DNA from: an uncultured Oscillospiraceae bacterium
GTDB lineage: Bacteria > Bacillota > Clostridia > Oscillospirales > Oscillospiraceae
Direction of reading: 5' to 3'
DNA: 34,890 bases
Assembly (NCBI GenBank): GCA_964441575.1
Contig: CAYTXW010000002.1
Span: 1-34,890, forward strand
In this document: one piece after another, positions 8,290 through 18,033 of the stretch
Numbering within the stretch: position 1 is the stretch's first letter
Layout of the letters: every line of letters begins with the position of its first letter
The notes under the pieces: model-generated
The model's database searches: none
Seen by the model: the letters and a program-made list of their open reading frames with translations, nothing else
Told to the model about the DNA's origin: nothing
Translations under genes and position numbers: made by a program

Positions 8290-8950
8290 AAAGCTTCTGG
8301 TGAAGGGGATTAAATTCAACCTGGAGATCGATGGTTATGAGGTTGTGACAGGCAGTGATGGCGTGGAGGCGGTGGAAATCGCGGCCTCCCAGAAAATCGA
8401 TCTGATCGTGCTGGACCTGATGATGCCGCGATTGGACGGCCTGGGGGCCTGCCAGCGTATTCGGGAATTCTCCGATGTACCTATCATCATGCTGACGGCA
8501 AAGGCCGACGATATGGATAAGCTGATGGGATTTGAGCATGGCGCGGACGACTATTTGACCAAACCCTTCAATATCCTGGAGCTAAAGGCCCGCATCCGCG
8601 CTCTGCTCCGGCGCAGCGGCGGACAGAAGAACCAGGAGGCGAGAGAGCGCCTCTTGACATGCGGCCACATTACCCTGGATACCGACGCCCGCAATGCCTA
8701 CAATGACGGGCGCCTGACGGATCTGACAGCGAAGGAATTTGATCTGGTGGAACTGCTGATGCGCAACCCAAACCGGGTCTATTCCCGGGAAAACCTACTG
8801 GATACCATCTGGGGCTATGACGAATACCGAAGCGACATCCGTACGGTCGATGTACACATTCGCCGCCTGCGGGAGAAGCTGGAGCGCAGTCCGGCGGAGC
8901 CGGAACACATAATGACAAAGTGGGGAGTTGGGTACTATTTCAAAGTCTGA
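8264..8950 (+). CDS. OmpR/PhoB-family response regulator
   Basis: 228 aa. Receiver domain (MKILVVDDE, DLIVLDLMMP, K in LTAKAD...) plus winged-helix output (TVDVHIRRLREKL). GGAGGA RBS. Confidence 0.9.
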   Translation: MKILVVDDEKLLVKGIKFNLEIDGYEVVTGSDGVEAVEIAASQKIDLIVLDLMMPRLDGLGACQRIREFSDVPIIMLTAKADDMDKLMGFEHGADDYLTKPFNILELKARIRALLRRSGGQKNQEARERLLTCGHITLDTDARNAYNDGRLTDLTAKEFDLVELLMRNPNRVYSRENLLDTIWGYDEYRSDIRTVDVHIRRLREKLERSPAEPEHIMTKWGVGYYFKV

Positions 8951-10367
8951 AACGCGCCGTTCCTTATTTCCGTTCAGTTCCCATATCCGCAATGCGGCGG
9001 CCTATGTGGTGCTGACATCTTGCATGCTGGTTTTTCTGAATATTTACTCTGCCACCACCACCCGAACCCTGATCTATTGGGCCAAGGCTGCGTCTACCCA
9101 GGACAAGGTGCAACTGGTTGCTTCCTCCCTGTCCGGTATGGATTCGCTGACGGAGGACAATGTGGATCAGGTCATTGCGGTCCTGGGCGATCTGAATGTG
9201 GGCCGCGTCATTGTCACCAATGGGGAGGGGCGGGCGCTCTATGATTCGCTGCGCAGTCGCAGCGCTGTAGGACAGTATATCCTTTTGCAGGAGACTGCAC
9301 TGGCACTGTCCGGGCAGGATGTGATCGTCTGCCGTTATGAGGATGGCCTGTTGGTTAGCCGTGCGGCTATGCCTGTCATGGTCCGGGGCAGTTCCATCGG
9401 CTGCGTCTATATTGCCGACGAGGACCCGGACCTTGGCGCGATAATTGCCGCGTTGGAGCGGACGCTTCTGCGGGTAACAGTGGGCGTGGAGGGCATTCTG
9501 GTGCTGTTCTCGCTGCTCTTTGCCATGACCACCTCCGGCAAAATGCGCCGCATTCTGGCCTCCATGCGAAAGGTGCGAGAGGGCGAATACAGCGCAAAGA
9601 TTCAAATGCACGGCACGGATGAATTCGGCACACTGGCCAGCGAGTTCAACAAGCTGACCGACCGGCTTCAGGCTTCGGAGCAGGCCCAGCGCCAATTTGT
9701 CTCTGATGCCTCCCATGAGCTGAAAACGCCCCTGGCGGCGATTAAGCTTCTGGCGGATTCCATTCTGCAAAATGACATGGACGCCGGAACCATGCGGGAG
9801 TTTGTGAAGGATATCGGCAGCGAAGCGGACCGTCTGACCCGCATGACCCAGAAGCTTTTGGCCCTGACCCGTGCCGAAAGCGTCAAGCAGGAGCATGAGG
9901 TGGTGGATCTGTCCCAGACCATTGCCAAGGTATTTAAAATGCTGGTACCCATGGCGGATGACAAGGGCGTTCGTCTGACCTGCTCCATGGAGAAGGACTG
10001 CACCGTTTTATCCGTGGAGGATGATATGTATCAGATCATTTTCAATCTGGTGGAGAATGCCATTAAGTATAATAATGAAGAAGGTCTGGTCCATGTGTCC
10101 CTGCGGCGGGAGGCGGATGACGTGTGCGTTATGGTGGAGGATACCGGCATTGGCATTCCGGAGGACGCCATGCCCCATGTATTTGAGAGGTTCTACCGGG
10201 TGGATAAGGCCCGTTCCCGTCAGGCAGGCGGCTCGGGTCTGGGACTGAGCATTGTCCATGAACTGACTGTTCGAAATTTTGGCGAGATTCAGGTCTGCGC
10301 CCGGCCAGAGGGCGGTTCTCGCTTCACGGTGACATTCCCTCATTTTGAAGTGGAGGTGGAGCCATGA
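8928..10367 (+). CDS. Sensor histidine kinase (two TM segments, extracytoplasmic loop, HAMP, HisKA, HATPase_c)
   Basis: H-box SHELKTPL, N-box NAIKYN, G1 DTGIGI, G2 GGSGLGLS. The track start at 8928 is a TTG overlapping the regulator by 23 nt, so the exact start is uncertain. Confidence 0.85.
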   Translation: MGTISKSETRRSLFPFSSHIRNAAAYVVLTSCMLVFLNIYSATTTRTLIYWAKAASTQDKVQLVASSLSGMDSLTEDNVDQVIAVLGDLNVGRVIVTNGEGRALYDSLRSRSAVGQYILLQETALALSGQDVIVCRYEDGLLVSRAAMPVMVRGSSIGCVYIADEDPDLGAIIAALERTLLRVTVGVEGILVLFSLLFAMTTSGKMRRILASMRKVREGEYSAKIQMHGTDEFGTLASEFNKLTDRLQASEQAQRQFVSDASHELKTPLAAIKLLADSILQNDMDAGTMREFVKDIGSEADRLTRMTQKLLALTRAESVKQEHEVVDLSQTIAKVFKMLVPMADDKGVRLTCSMEKDCTVLSVEDDMYQIIFNLVENAIKYNNEEGLVHVSLRREADDVCVMVEDTGIGIPEDAMPHVFERFYRVDKARSRQAGGSGLGLSIVHELTVRNFGEIQVCARPEGGSRFTVTFPHFEVEVEP

Positions 10368-11704
10368 AGCGAGGAGTTGTCGCGCTGCTGGGAGCCGCGC
10401 TGCTGCTGGGCCTTTTGGGCTGCAGGCCGGCCCTTGAGGCGGAAAACAGCGATATGCTCCGGCCCGCGGAGTTTTATTATGAGACAGTGCCGGATGAGTC
10501 AGACGGCCTGGCCGGCAGCGCCATTGCATCGGAGACGCGGGATTTGGGAGCGGAGACGCTGTCAGTGGAGGAGATTGTGGACCTTTATCTGAACGGTCCT
10601 GAGGGAGAGAGCCTGCAATCGCCGTTCCCGCAGGATCTGGCGCTCGAATCGGCGGAACTGAGAGACGGCGTCCTGACCTTGACCTTCAACGAGGCGTATG
10701 CGTCCCTATCGGGGGTCCAGCTGACGCTGGCCAACGCCTGCCTGGTCTACACCATGACCCAGTTTCCCGGTGTGGAAAGCGTCTTTCTGCAAACCACCGG
10801 GGCCATGCTGACAGATCAGCTGTCCGCACCCCTGCGGCCGGAGAGCTTTTTACTGGAAGACGATTCTGCTGCCAATGACCAGGTGACGGTGAAGCTGTAT
10901 TTTTCCGACGAAAACGGACGCTATCTGGCGGAGGAAGCCCGGAATGGCTTCTCTGAGCCGGAGGATGACCTTCCGTCCTATATTCTCCAGCAGCTTTTGA
11001 ATGGCCCGGTGGAAACGGACCATTTGTCGGTGCTGCCGGAGGGGACCTCGCTTCTGGGAGTTCAGCTGAATAACGGCCAATGCGTTGTAAATTTTTCCGA
11101 GGAATTCCTGCTGAACCGGCCGCAGAACTATGCGCAGGCCCGCATGGCCGTGCTTTCCGTGGTCAACTCTCTGACTGAGTTGTCTGAAATTGAGTCGGTG
11201 CGCATTCTCTGCGCTGGGGAGAGCATAGGCACAGGGTATTTCATGGATCTCTCTGGGCCGCTGTACCGGGATGAAACAGCTTTTTCCAAGACAGGTGGTA
11301 ATCTCTATGATGTTAATCTGTATCTGACGCTCACCGGCTGGGATGTGCTGGCCCCGGTGCCGACACAGATTCGCCACACAGCCAGCCGGGAGCTGGCGCT
11401 GGACGTACTCAATGCGCTGATTGCCTATGATGGAATCAACGGCTATGAAAATCCCATTCCGGACGGCGCCCTGGTGCTGGATCTGACTGTCAAGGGAGAT
11501 CTTTGCCAGGTGACGTTCAACAGCGCGTTTGCCCTGTGCGACGCCGATGAAACCCATGCGTCCCAGGCGGTCCATGCTGTCATTGCTACCATCTGTGACC
11601 TAGACGGCATCAACCGGGTTCAGATTGAAATCTATAACACCACGCTGACCAGCATTGATCTGTCGGCCCCTTTGACCGCAGAATCGGCCTGGATATTGGA
11701 ATAA
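10364..11704 (+). CDS. GerMN-domain lipoprotein (two GerMN-like repeats)
   Basis: 446 aa. Lipobox LLGLLGC. Two repeats of the GerMN-like pattern (...LLNGP..., ...V.L.F...). ATGA overlap with the kinase stop. Confidence 0.75.
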   Translation: MKRGVVALLGAALLLGLLGCRPALEAENSDMLRPAEFYYETVPDESDGLAGSAIASETRDLGAETLSVEEIVDLYLNGPEGESLQSPFPQDLALESAELRDGVLTLTFNEAYASLSGVQLTLANACLVYTMTQFPGVESVFLQTTGAMLTDQLSAPLRPESFLLEDDSAANDQVTVKLYFSDENGRYLAEEARNGFSEPEDDLPSYILQQLLNGPVETDHLSVLPEGTSLLGVQLNNGQCVVNFSEEFLLNRPQNYAQARMAVLSVVNSLTELSEIESVRILCAGESIGTGYFMDLSGPLYRDETAFSKTGGNLYDVNLYLTLTGWDVLAPVPTQIRHTASRELALDVLNALIAYDGINGYENPIPDGALVLDLTVKGDLCQVTFNSAFALCDADETHASQAVHAVIATICDLDGINRVQIEIYNTTLTSIDLSAPLTAESAWILE

Positions 11705-11713
11705 TGACGGATG

Positions 11714-11748
11714 AACCCCTCGCGCCCCTGAGGAGCCGCGAGGGGTTT
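11714..11748. terminator. Hairpin between convergent GerMN and aminotransferase genes
   Basis: 11-bp perfect stem AACCCCTCGCG / CGCGAGGGGTT (11714-11724 / 11737-11747), 12-nt loop. Only short T tracts on either side. Confidence 0.5.
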
Positions 11749-11847
11749 GTCAGGTCATCGGGGTTTATTTTGCCTGGGCGCGCCACGCCTCCGCCAGGCT
11801 ACGCAGCAGTGCGGCCTACGCCGGTTCAGCGTCGCAGATGGTTAATT

Positions 11848-13041
11848 TTATTTTTCTCGGTTATAGGCCTCAATGCCCAGTGCCAGCAGATCCATAGCGC
11901 GTACCAAATCCTTTTCGTTCAGAACATAGGCAATGCGGATCTCGTTGATGCCCTTGCCGGGGGTAGCATAGAAGGAGTGACCAGGGGAGAACATGACCGT
12001 CTCGCCGTGATTCTCAAAATCCGTTAGCAGCCACTTCTGAAACTTGTCGGTGTTGTCTACCGGCAGGGCCGCCATCAGGTAAAACGCACCCTTTGGTTCC
12101 TCGCAGACCACATTGGGAATTTGCCGCAGCTTTGCCATCACCGTATCCCGGCGGCGCATGTATTCCTTCCGCACGGGGTCAAAATAGGATTTATCCACCG
12201 AGTAAAGAGCGGCAGCAGCAATCTGGTCCATGGTGGCCACGGCCAGACGGGCCTGGCAGAATTTCAGAGCCTCGGCCATCAGTGCTTCATTTCTGGAGAT
12301 CAGGCAGCCGATCCGTGCGCCGCAGGCAGAATACCGCTTGGAGATGGAATCAATCAGGACTACATTTTCCGCACCGTCCTCATAGGCGGCCATAGTCGCA
12401 AGTTCCGTGCTTTCGTAGTTGAATTCCCGATAGACCTCATCGCTGATCAGGTACAGATCATGGGCCTTTGCCACATCCAACAGCATCCGCCGTTCCTCGG
12501 CGGACAGGACAACGCCGGTGGGGTTGGAGGGATTTGTCACCAGAATAGCCCGGGTATGCTCGTTGATTTCCGCTTCAATTTTTGCCCGGTCGGCGTAGCG
12601 GTAGCCTTCATCGGGACAGGTGTGAATCGGATGAATGGTGCCTCCGGCGGCGCGGACATAAGTATTGTAATTGGGATAGAACGGTTCCGGAATCAAAACC
12701 TCGCTGCCTGGGTCCAGAATGCACATCATCAGAATATTCAGCGCCTCGGAGCCGCCGGCGGTGATCAGGATATCCTTTTCCTCCAGCTGTGCGCCGATTT
12801 CCGCATAGTAGCCCTGAATGGCGCGAATCAAATCAGGACGGCCGGGGGACTGGGCATAGGCCAGTACCGGATCAGAGAATTTCCGCAGCGTTTCAAAATA
12901 GACAGGAGGTGTTTCAATATCCGGCTGTCCAATATTCAGATGGTAGACTGTTCGCCCTTTGACTTCGGCCGCCACGGAATAGGGATGGAATTTCCTCATG
13001 GGTGAAAGCTCACACTGCTGCGCTCGTACGGATAGTTTCAT
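11848..13041 (-). CDS. Pyridoxal-phosphate-dependent aminotransferase, class I/II (aspartate/aromatic type)
   Basis: Trimmed to MKLSVRAQQCELSPMRKF... (ATG 13041, GGAGGAAC RBS). PLP-lysine motif DSISKRYSACGARIG. The track start at 13242 runs through the rnfB terminator. Confidence 0.9.
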   Translation of the reverse strand: MKLSVRAQQCELSPMRKFHPYSVAAEVKGRTVYHLNIGQPDIETPPVYFETLRKFSDPVLAYAQSPGRPDLIRAIQGYYAEIGAQLEEKDILITAGGSEALNILMMCILDPGSEVLIPEPFYPNYNTYVRAAGGTIHPIHTCPDEGYRYADRAKIEAEINEHTRAILVTNPSNPTGVVLSAEERRMLLDVAKAHDLYLISDEVYREFNYESTELATMAAYEDGAENVVLIDSISKRYSACGARIGCLISRNEALMAEALKFCQARLAVATMDQIAAAALYSVDKSYFDPVRKEYMRRRDTVMAKLRQIPNVVCEEPKGAFYLMAALPVDNTDKFQKWLLTDFENHGETVMFSPGHSFYATPGKGINEIRIAYVLNEKDLVRAMDLLALGIEAYNREK

Positions 13042-13080
13042 AGAGGTTCCTCCTAGGATAACAGAATTAAAGACAATTTC

Positions 13081-13109
13081 ATTATACACAATACCAAGGT
13101 TATTTGCAA
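13081..13109 (-). promoter_or_regulatory. Putative promoter of the aminotransferase gene (TTGCAA-17-TATAAT)
   Basis: Minus strand: TTGCAA (13109-13104), 17-nt spacer, TATAAT (13086-13081). About 40 nt upstream of the ATG at 13041. Confidence 0.55.
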
Positions 13110-13110
13110 T

Positions 13111-13150
13111 AAAATTCGCAGGACAGGCCATTACCGGCCCGTCCTGCGAA
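13111..13150 (-). terminator. Rho-independent terminator after rnfB
   Basis: Minus strand: TTCGCAGGAC...GTCCTGCGAA, a 10-bp stem (13150-13141 / 13124-13115) followed by TTTTATT. Confidence 0.75.
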
Positions 13151-13163
13151 CAGAAGGGAAGGA

Positions 13164-13937
13164 TTAAAAAATGCAGCCTGTTGTGCAGATTTCTGCACAG
13201 TGTCCGCAGCTTGTGCATTTGCTGTAGTCGATGGCGGCGCAATTATTGGAAACAGTAATGGCTCCGGCGGGGCATTCCCGCTCGCACTTTTTGCAGCCGA
13301 TGCAGCCGTGGGAGCAGACCTTGCGGGTAGATGCGCCCTTGTCGGTGTTGCTGCAATGGACCAGCGGCTTTACGGTGGCGGGAACGATGCGGATCAAGTG
13401 GTTGGGGCAGGCCTTGGCGCACAGACCGCAGCCCACGCAAAGCGCAGGATTGATGCGGGCCATGCCGCTGTCCACGCAGATCGCTTCCTTGGGGCATACC
13501 TTGGCGCAGTCGCCATAGCCCAGGCAGCCGAAGGAACAGGCTCCATCTCCGCCATACAGCAAATTGGCACCCGCGCAGTTGGCAATGCCCTGATATTCAT
13601 GCTTGCGGCTTTCGCAGCCGCCGCAGCCCACATACGCCACCTGTTCCACCACATCCTCGGCTTGCACGCCCAGCACTTCGGCAATCTGCGCGGCAACGGC
13701 ATCGGCGCCGGGAACGCACAGGTTGGTTTTCACGCTGCTGTTTCCAGCCAGAGCGTGGGCATAGCCGTCGCAGCCGGCATAGCCGCAGGCGCCGCAGTTG
13801 GCGCCGGGCAGGCATTCGCGGATCTTGACGAAGGTCTCGTCCTCGTGGACAGCCATGAATTTGGACGCGGTTCCCAGCATGACGGCGCAGAGCAGTCCAA
13901 TGACAGTCACAGCCACAATCGGAATGAGAATACTCAT
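13164..13937 (-). CDS. rnfB: Rnf electron transport complex subunit B (polyferredoxin)
   Basis: 257 aa. N-terminal TM helix, CGACGYAGC cluster motif, then several CxxCxxCxxxCP motifs (CVGCGLCAKACP, CIGCKKCERECP). Confidence 0.9.
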   Translation of the reverse strand: MSILIPIVAVTVIGLLCAVMLGTASKFMAVHEDETFVKIRECLPGANCGACGYAGCDGYAHALAGNSSVKTNLCVPGADAVAAQIAEVLGVQAEDVVEQVAYVGCGGCESRKHEYQGIANCAGANLLYGGDGACSFGCLGYGDCAKVCPKEAICVDSGMARINPALCVGCGLCAKACPNHLIRIVPATVKPLVHCSNTDKGASTRKVCSHGCIGCKKCERECPAGAITVSNNCAAIDYSKCTSCGHCAEICTTGCIF

Positions 13938-13949
13938 AGAACTCCCTCC

Positions 13950-14543
13950 TTAACCGAACAGGTTGTCGATGATTCCCGCAAAGCCAAAGAAGCACAGGGA
14001 AACAATGGCCGCTGAAATCAGCGTAATGGGCAGACCTTCAAAGGCCTTGGTGGGCTTGGCGGATTCCACCCTGGAGCGGACGCCGGAGAACAGCACCATA
14101 GCCAGGAAGAAGCCCAGGCCGCAGCCAAGAGACGTCAGCATGGAAGAGCCGAAGCTCAGTCCGTCGCTGATGTTGTTCATGGTTACGCCAAGCACGGCGC
14201 AGTTGGTGGTAATCAGAGGCAGATAGACGCCCAGGGATGCATGGAGGGCGGGAAGATAGCGCTTCAGCACAATTTCCACCAGCTGGACCAAGGCGGCAAT
14301 AACCAGAATGAAGACCACCGTCTCCATGTAGGTAAAGTCGATACCACCGGCCAGCAGGAAATGGTAAATGGGCCAGGTGACAGCGGTGGCCAGCAGCTGC
14401 ACAAAGATGACAGCGATCGACATGCCAGTGGCCTGATCCAGTTTTTTGGAGACACCCAGGAACGGGCAGATACCCAGGAATTTGACCAATACATAGTTGT
14501 TGGTGATGGCGGCGGTCAAAATTGTCACAATCATAGCTTTCAT
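13950..14543 (-). CDS. rnfA: Rnf complex subunit A
   Basis: 197-aa polytopic RnfA/NqrE-type protein (NNYVLVKFLGICPFLG). In rnf gene order. Confidence 0.9.
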   Translation of the reverse strand: MKAMIVTILTAAITNNYVLVKFLGICPFLGVSKKLDQATGMSIAVIFVQLLATAVTWPIYHFLLAGGIDFTYMETVVFILVIAALVQLVEIVLKRYLPALHASLGVYLPLITTNCAVLGVTMNNISDGLSFGSSMLTSLGCGLGFFLAMVLFSGVRSRVESAKPTKAFEGLPITLISAAIVSLCFFGFAGIIDNLFG

Positions 14544-15226
14544 GCCTTGGTCTCCTCCTTTTCACAGCTTATCCGGCCGCAGGCAGCGGCGGAGGGGCAG
14601 CCCTCGCAGCCGAAGTCCTTTTTCTTGATGGCCTTGCCCTTGGAAATCTTGTTGACCAGAGCGATCATGCAGCCGAAGATGCAGAAGCCGCCGGGAGCCA
14701 TTGTCAAAATGGAGATGGGATTGTCATTGAGCCAAGGGATTGGCAGGCCGCAGAAGGTGCCGCTGCCGAAGACCTCACGGATGATTGCCATGGCGCAGAG
14801 GGCCAGGGTGAAGCCCAGACCCATGCCGATGGCGTCCAGGGCGGAGTCCAGAACCGTATTCTTGTTGGCGAACATTTCCGCCCGGCCCAGAATGATACAG
14901 TTGACCACGATCAGGGACAAATAGACGCCCAGGGACTGGAACAGGCTATAGGTATAAGCTTCCATAATCATGGACACCACGGACACAAAGCCCGCAATCA
15001 AAACGATGTAGCAGGGAATGCGGACCTGGTCGGGGATGACCTTCCGCAGTGCGGAAATTGCCATGTTGGAGCAGAGCAGCACTGCCGTGGCGGCCAAGCC
15101 CATGCCGATGGCGGCTGTCACCGAGGTGGAGATGGCCAGAGTGGGGCAGGTGCCCAGCACCAGAACTAAAACCGGATTTTCCTTAATCAGGCCCTTTAAT
15201 AGAATGGATAACTTGTTTTTCTTCAT
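14540..15226 (-). CDS. rnfE: Rnf complex subunit E
   Basis: 228-aa RnfE/NqrD-type membrane protein (NPVLVLVLGTCPTLA). 4-nt overlap with rnfA. Confidence 0.9.
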   Translation of the reverse strand: MKKNKLSILLKGLIKENPVLVLVLGTCPTLAISTSVTAAIGMGLAATAVLLCSNMAISALRKVIPDQVRIPCYIVLIAGFVSVVSMIMEAYTYSLFQSLGVYLSLIVVNCIILGRAEMFANKNTVLDSALDAIGMGLGFTLALCAMAIIREVFGSGTFCGLPIPWLNDNPISILTMAPGGFCIFGCMIALVNKISKGKAIKKKDFGCEGCPSAAACGRISCEKEETKA

Positions 15227-15228
15227 GC

Positions 15229-15756
15229 TCAGCCCTCCTTGACGGCATCGAACGCGGCAAAGCAGTCGCGGACGCAGGCTTCATAGGCGGTGGAGGTGAT
15301 GGTTGCGCCGGAAATGGCGTCCACGCCCTCCAAAGCGGCGTCCGTTCCGATGTACTGGCTGGTGTAGCTCTCATTTGCAGTTTGACCGCCCAGAGTTTTG
15401 GTTTCGCTGGTCACATCGATGGTGGCCACGTTGACGATGACACCCTGAGGATCGATGGCGCACATGACGGTGATGATGCCGTCAAAGCCCCGGCCCTGAG
15501 CGGTGAACACATAGCCCACCGTGTTTCCGGCGGCGTCCACGCCCCGATATGCGCCGGAAATGGATTCAGGCATACTGCCGCTCAGCGCTTCAAATTCGGT
15601 GGCTTCCGGCAGTACCGCCTGACGGCTGGCGTTTTCCCGTTCCACAGCGGCGGTGGCGATGACCGGTGCAGTAAAGCTGTTGACAATCGCCAAGGCGGCG
15701 GAGATGACCAGACAGATCACTGCCAGAACCACAATGCTTTTTACAATCTGCTTCAT
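15229..15756 (-). CDS. rnfG: Rnf complex subunit G (FMN-binding)
   Basis: Trimmed to MKQIVKSIVVLAV... (ATG 15756, 4-nt overlap with the rnfD stop). Flavinylation motif DAISGATITS. Confidence 0.9.
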   Translation of the reverse strand: MKQIVKSIVVLAVICLVISAALAIVNSFTAPVIATAAVERENASRQAVLPEATEFEALSGSMPESISGAYRGVDAAGNTVGYVFTAQGRGFDGIITVMCAIDPQGVIVNVATIDVTSETKTLGGQTANESYTSQYIGTDAALEGVDAISGATITSTAYEACVRDCFAAFDAVKEG

Positions 15757-16676
15757 GCTGTAACACCTCCGAAGGGTTTCCTGCGGGTCCACTTGGAAAT
15801 GTAGGGCGTCAGGATATTCATAAAGAGGATGGCGAAGGATACGCCTTCGGCGTAGTTGCCCCACTGACGGATCAACACGGTCAAAAGTCCCGCACCGAAG
15901 CCAAAGATGACCCGGCCCCACATGGTAGAGGGAGTGGTGACATAATCTGTTGCCATGAAGATGGCGCCCAGCAGCAGGCCGCCGGAGAGAATCTGGCAAA
16001 GGGCATAATCAAGGGAGCCGCCCAGAGGCCAGGACAGGAGGAACACGGTTCCTACAAATACAACAGGCGTGTGCCAGGTGATAACGCCGCGAACCAGCAG
16101 ATAGACGAAGCCCAGCAGCAGGGCCAGGCCGCAGACCTCACCGATACAGCCGCCCTTCCACCCCAGAAATAGGGCCAGCTTAGAGGGCAGTGCATCCATC
16201 TGTCCGTTTGCCATCAGCGCCAGAGGCGTTGCCGTGGATACGGCGTCGGGGAACTGCCAGGCTGTCATGGTCTTGGAGAAGGACAGGAACAGCACAATTC
16301 TGCCCACAATGGCGGGGTTGGCGAAGTTCCGGCCCAGACCGCCGAAGAGCTGCTTGACCACCAGAATGGCGATGATGCTGCCAAGGGCTGCCTGCCACAG
16401 GGGAATTGTCACCGGCAGATTATAGGCCAGCAGCACGCCGGTTACAACAGCGGACCAGTCGCCGATGGTAACAGGCTTTTTACAGCCTTTTTCAAAGAGA
16501 TATTCGGTGAGAACCGCTGCTGCCACAGACACAAAGGTCACAAGCAGCGCCCGGACGCCGAAGATCACCACGGAGGCGATTAGGGCGGGGACCAGGGCAA
16601 TGACCACATCCCGCATCAACGTAGCGGTGTCGGTTTTGCTGTGGATGTGGGGCGAGGTGGATACAATCAGGCTCAT
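15753..16676 (-). CDS. rnfD: Rnf complex subunit D
   Basis: 307-aa polytopic protein. SPHIH N-terminal motif. FMN-attachment-like DAVSTATPLA. Confidence 0.9.
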   Translation of the reverse strand: MSLIVSTSPHIHSKTDTATLMRDVVIALVPALIASVVIFGVRALLVTFVSVAAAVLTEYLFEKGCKKPVTIGDWSAVVTGVLLAYNLPVTIPLWQAALGSIIAILVVKQLFGGLGRNFANPAIVGRIVLFLSFSKTMTAWQFPDAVSTATPLALMANGQMDALPSKLALFLGWKGGCIGEVCGLALLLGFVYLLVRGVITWHTPVVFVGTVFLLSWPLGGSLDYALCQILSGGLLLGAIFMATDYVTTPSTMWGRVIFGFGAGLLTVLIRQWGNYAEGVSFAILFMNILTPYISKWTRRKPFGGVTA

Positions 16677-18004
16677 AGCTTTGCCGCCTCCTGTTCCTTC
16701 TTAGCTTTGAGATAGGCCGCAACCTGGGCCTTTGCAAGCTTGTTGGTCTGAACCAGAGGCCGATGGGCCGGACAGATATAGCTGCAGCAGCCGCATTCCA
16801 TGCACAGATTGACCTTCAATGCCGCCAGTGTGGAGACGTCGCCTTTTTCAAAAGCGGTCTCAATCTCTGTGGGCATAAGCTTCAGGGGGCAGTGGGCAAT
16901 GCAGCGGCCGCACTTGATGCAGGCCGTCGGCTTGGGCAGTCCGGCATCTGCTTCGGCAAAGGCCAGAACGGCGTTGGTGTTCTTCAGCACCGGCACATCC
17001 AGGTTGGGGACGGCAATGCCCATCATGGGGCCGCCGTAGAGGACCTTTTTCGGCTCACTGGAGAAGCCGCCGCAGAATTCAAACACATCCCGCAGCGAGG
17101 TCCCGATGGGCGCCACCACATTCATTGGGTTTTTCACAGCGCTGCCGTCCACCGTGATGCACTTGCGCACCAGGGGCAGGCCGGATTTGATGTACCGGGC
17201 GATGGAGGCCAGGGTGGTGCAGTTAATGACGATGGCACCGGCGTCCAGGGGCAGCTTACCCTCGGGAACCACACGGCCAATTGTATGATAAATCAGCACC
17301 TTTTCACCGCCTTGGGGGTACATGGCGGGTAGAGAGGCCACTTCCATGCCTGTCTCGGCCTTGACCAGCTCCTGAAATTTCTGAATGCATTGGGGTTTAT
17401 TGTCCTCGATGGCAAAGATGATGCGCCTTGCGCCGATGTATTTTTGCAGCAACCGCGCCCCCTCCAGCATCAGCTTGGACTGATCCAGCATGGTGCGGGT
17501 ATCGGAAGTGATGTATGGTTCGCACTCCGCGCCGTTGACGATGACGGCTTCGACCTGACTTAAGTTCTTTACCGTCAGCTTGACGGCGGTGGGGAAGCCC
17601 GCGCCGCCCAGACCGACAATGCCGCTGTCAGTCAGTGCCTGCAAAAATTCCGTTTGGTTGTTGATTACGGGCGGTTCCAGTCCCTCATACCGCTCCAGCA
17701 GACCATCGGATTCAATGACGATGGCCGGTACATGCCTGCCGTTGGAGAGCATGACATCGTCAATCTTTTTCACCTTGCCTGAGATTGACGCATGTACGGG
17801 GGAGGATACGAATCCGCCCGCCTCCGCAATTCTCTGTCCCAGCTTGACATGGTCGCCGACTTTTACCAAAGGCTTGGCCGGCGCGCCAATGTGCATGGAC
17901 ATGGGAATCGAGACCACGGAAGGACAGTCCATCTTGACCGATGGCATATCCGCCGTGTTCTTTCGGTGTGGCACATGAACGCCTTGGAGTTTTCTCAGTG
18001 CCAT
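16673..18004 (-). CDS. rnfC: Rnf complex subunit C
   Basis: Trimmed to MALRKLQGVHVPHRKNT... (ATG 18004, AGGAGA RBS). GLGGAGFPT nucleotide motif. Two 4Fe-4S motifs CIKCGRCIAHCP and CMECGCCSYICP. Confidence 0.9.
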   Translation of the reverse strand: MALRKLQGVHVPHRKNTADMPSVKMDCPSVVSIPMSMHIGAPAKPLVKVGDHVKLGQRIAEAGGFVSSPVHASISGKVKKIDDVMLSNGRHVPAIVIESDGLLERYEGLEPPVINNQTEFLQALTDSGIVGLGGAGFPTAVKLTVKNLSQVEAVIVNGAECEPYITSDTRTMLDQSKLMLEGARLLQKYIGARRIIFAIEDNKPQCIQKFQELVKAETGMEVASLPAMYPQGGEKVLIYHTIGRVVPEGKLPLDAGAIVINCTTLASIARYIKSGLPLVRKCITVDGSAVKNPMNVVAPIGTSLRDVFEFCGGFSSEPKKVLYGGPMMGIAVPNLDVPVLKNTNAVLAFAEADAGLPKPTACIKCGRCIAHCPLKLMPTEIETAFEKGDVSTLAALKVNLCMECGCCSYICPAHRPLVQTNKLAKAQVAAYLKAKKEQEAAKL

Positions 18005-18033
18005 GACTTCATCTCCTGTTCTCTTATAATTCA

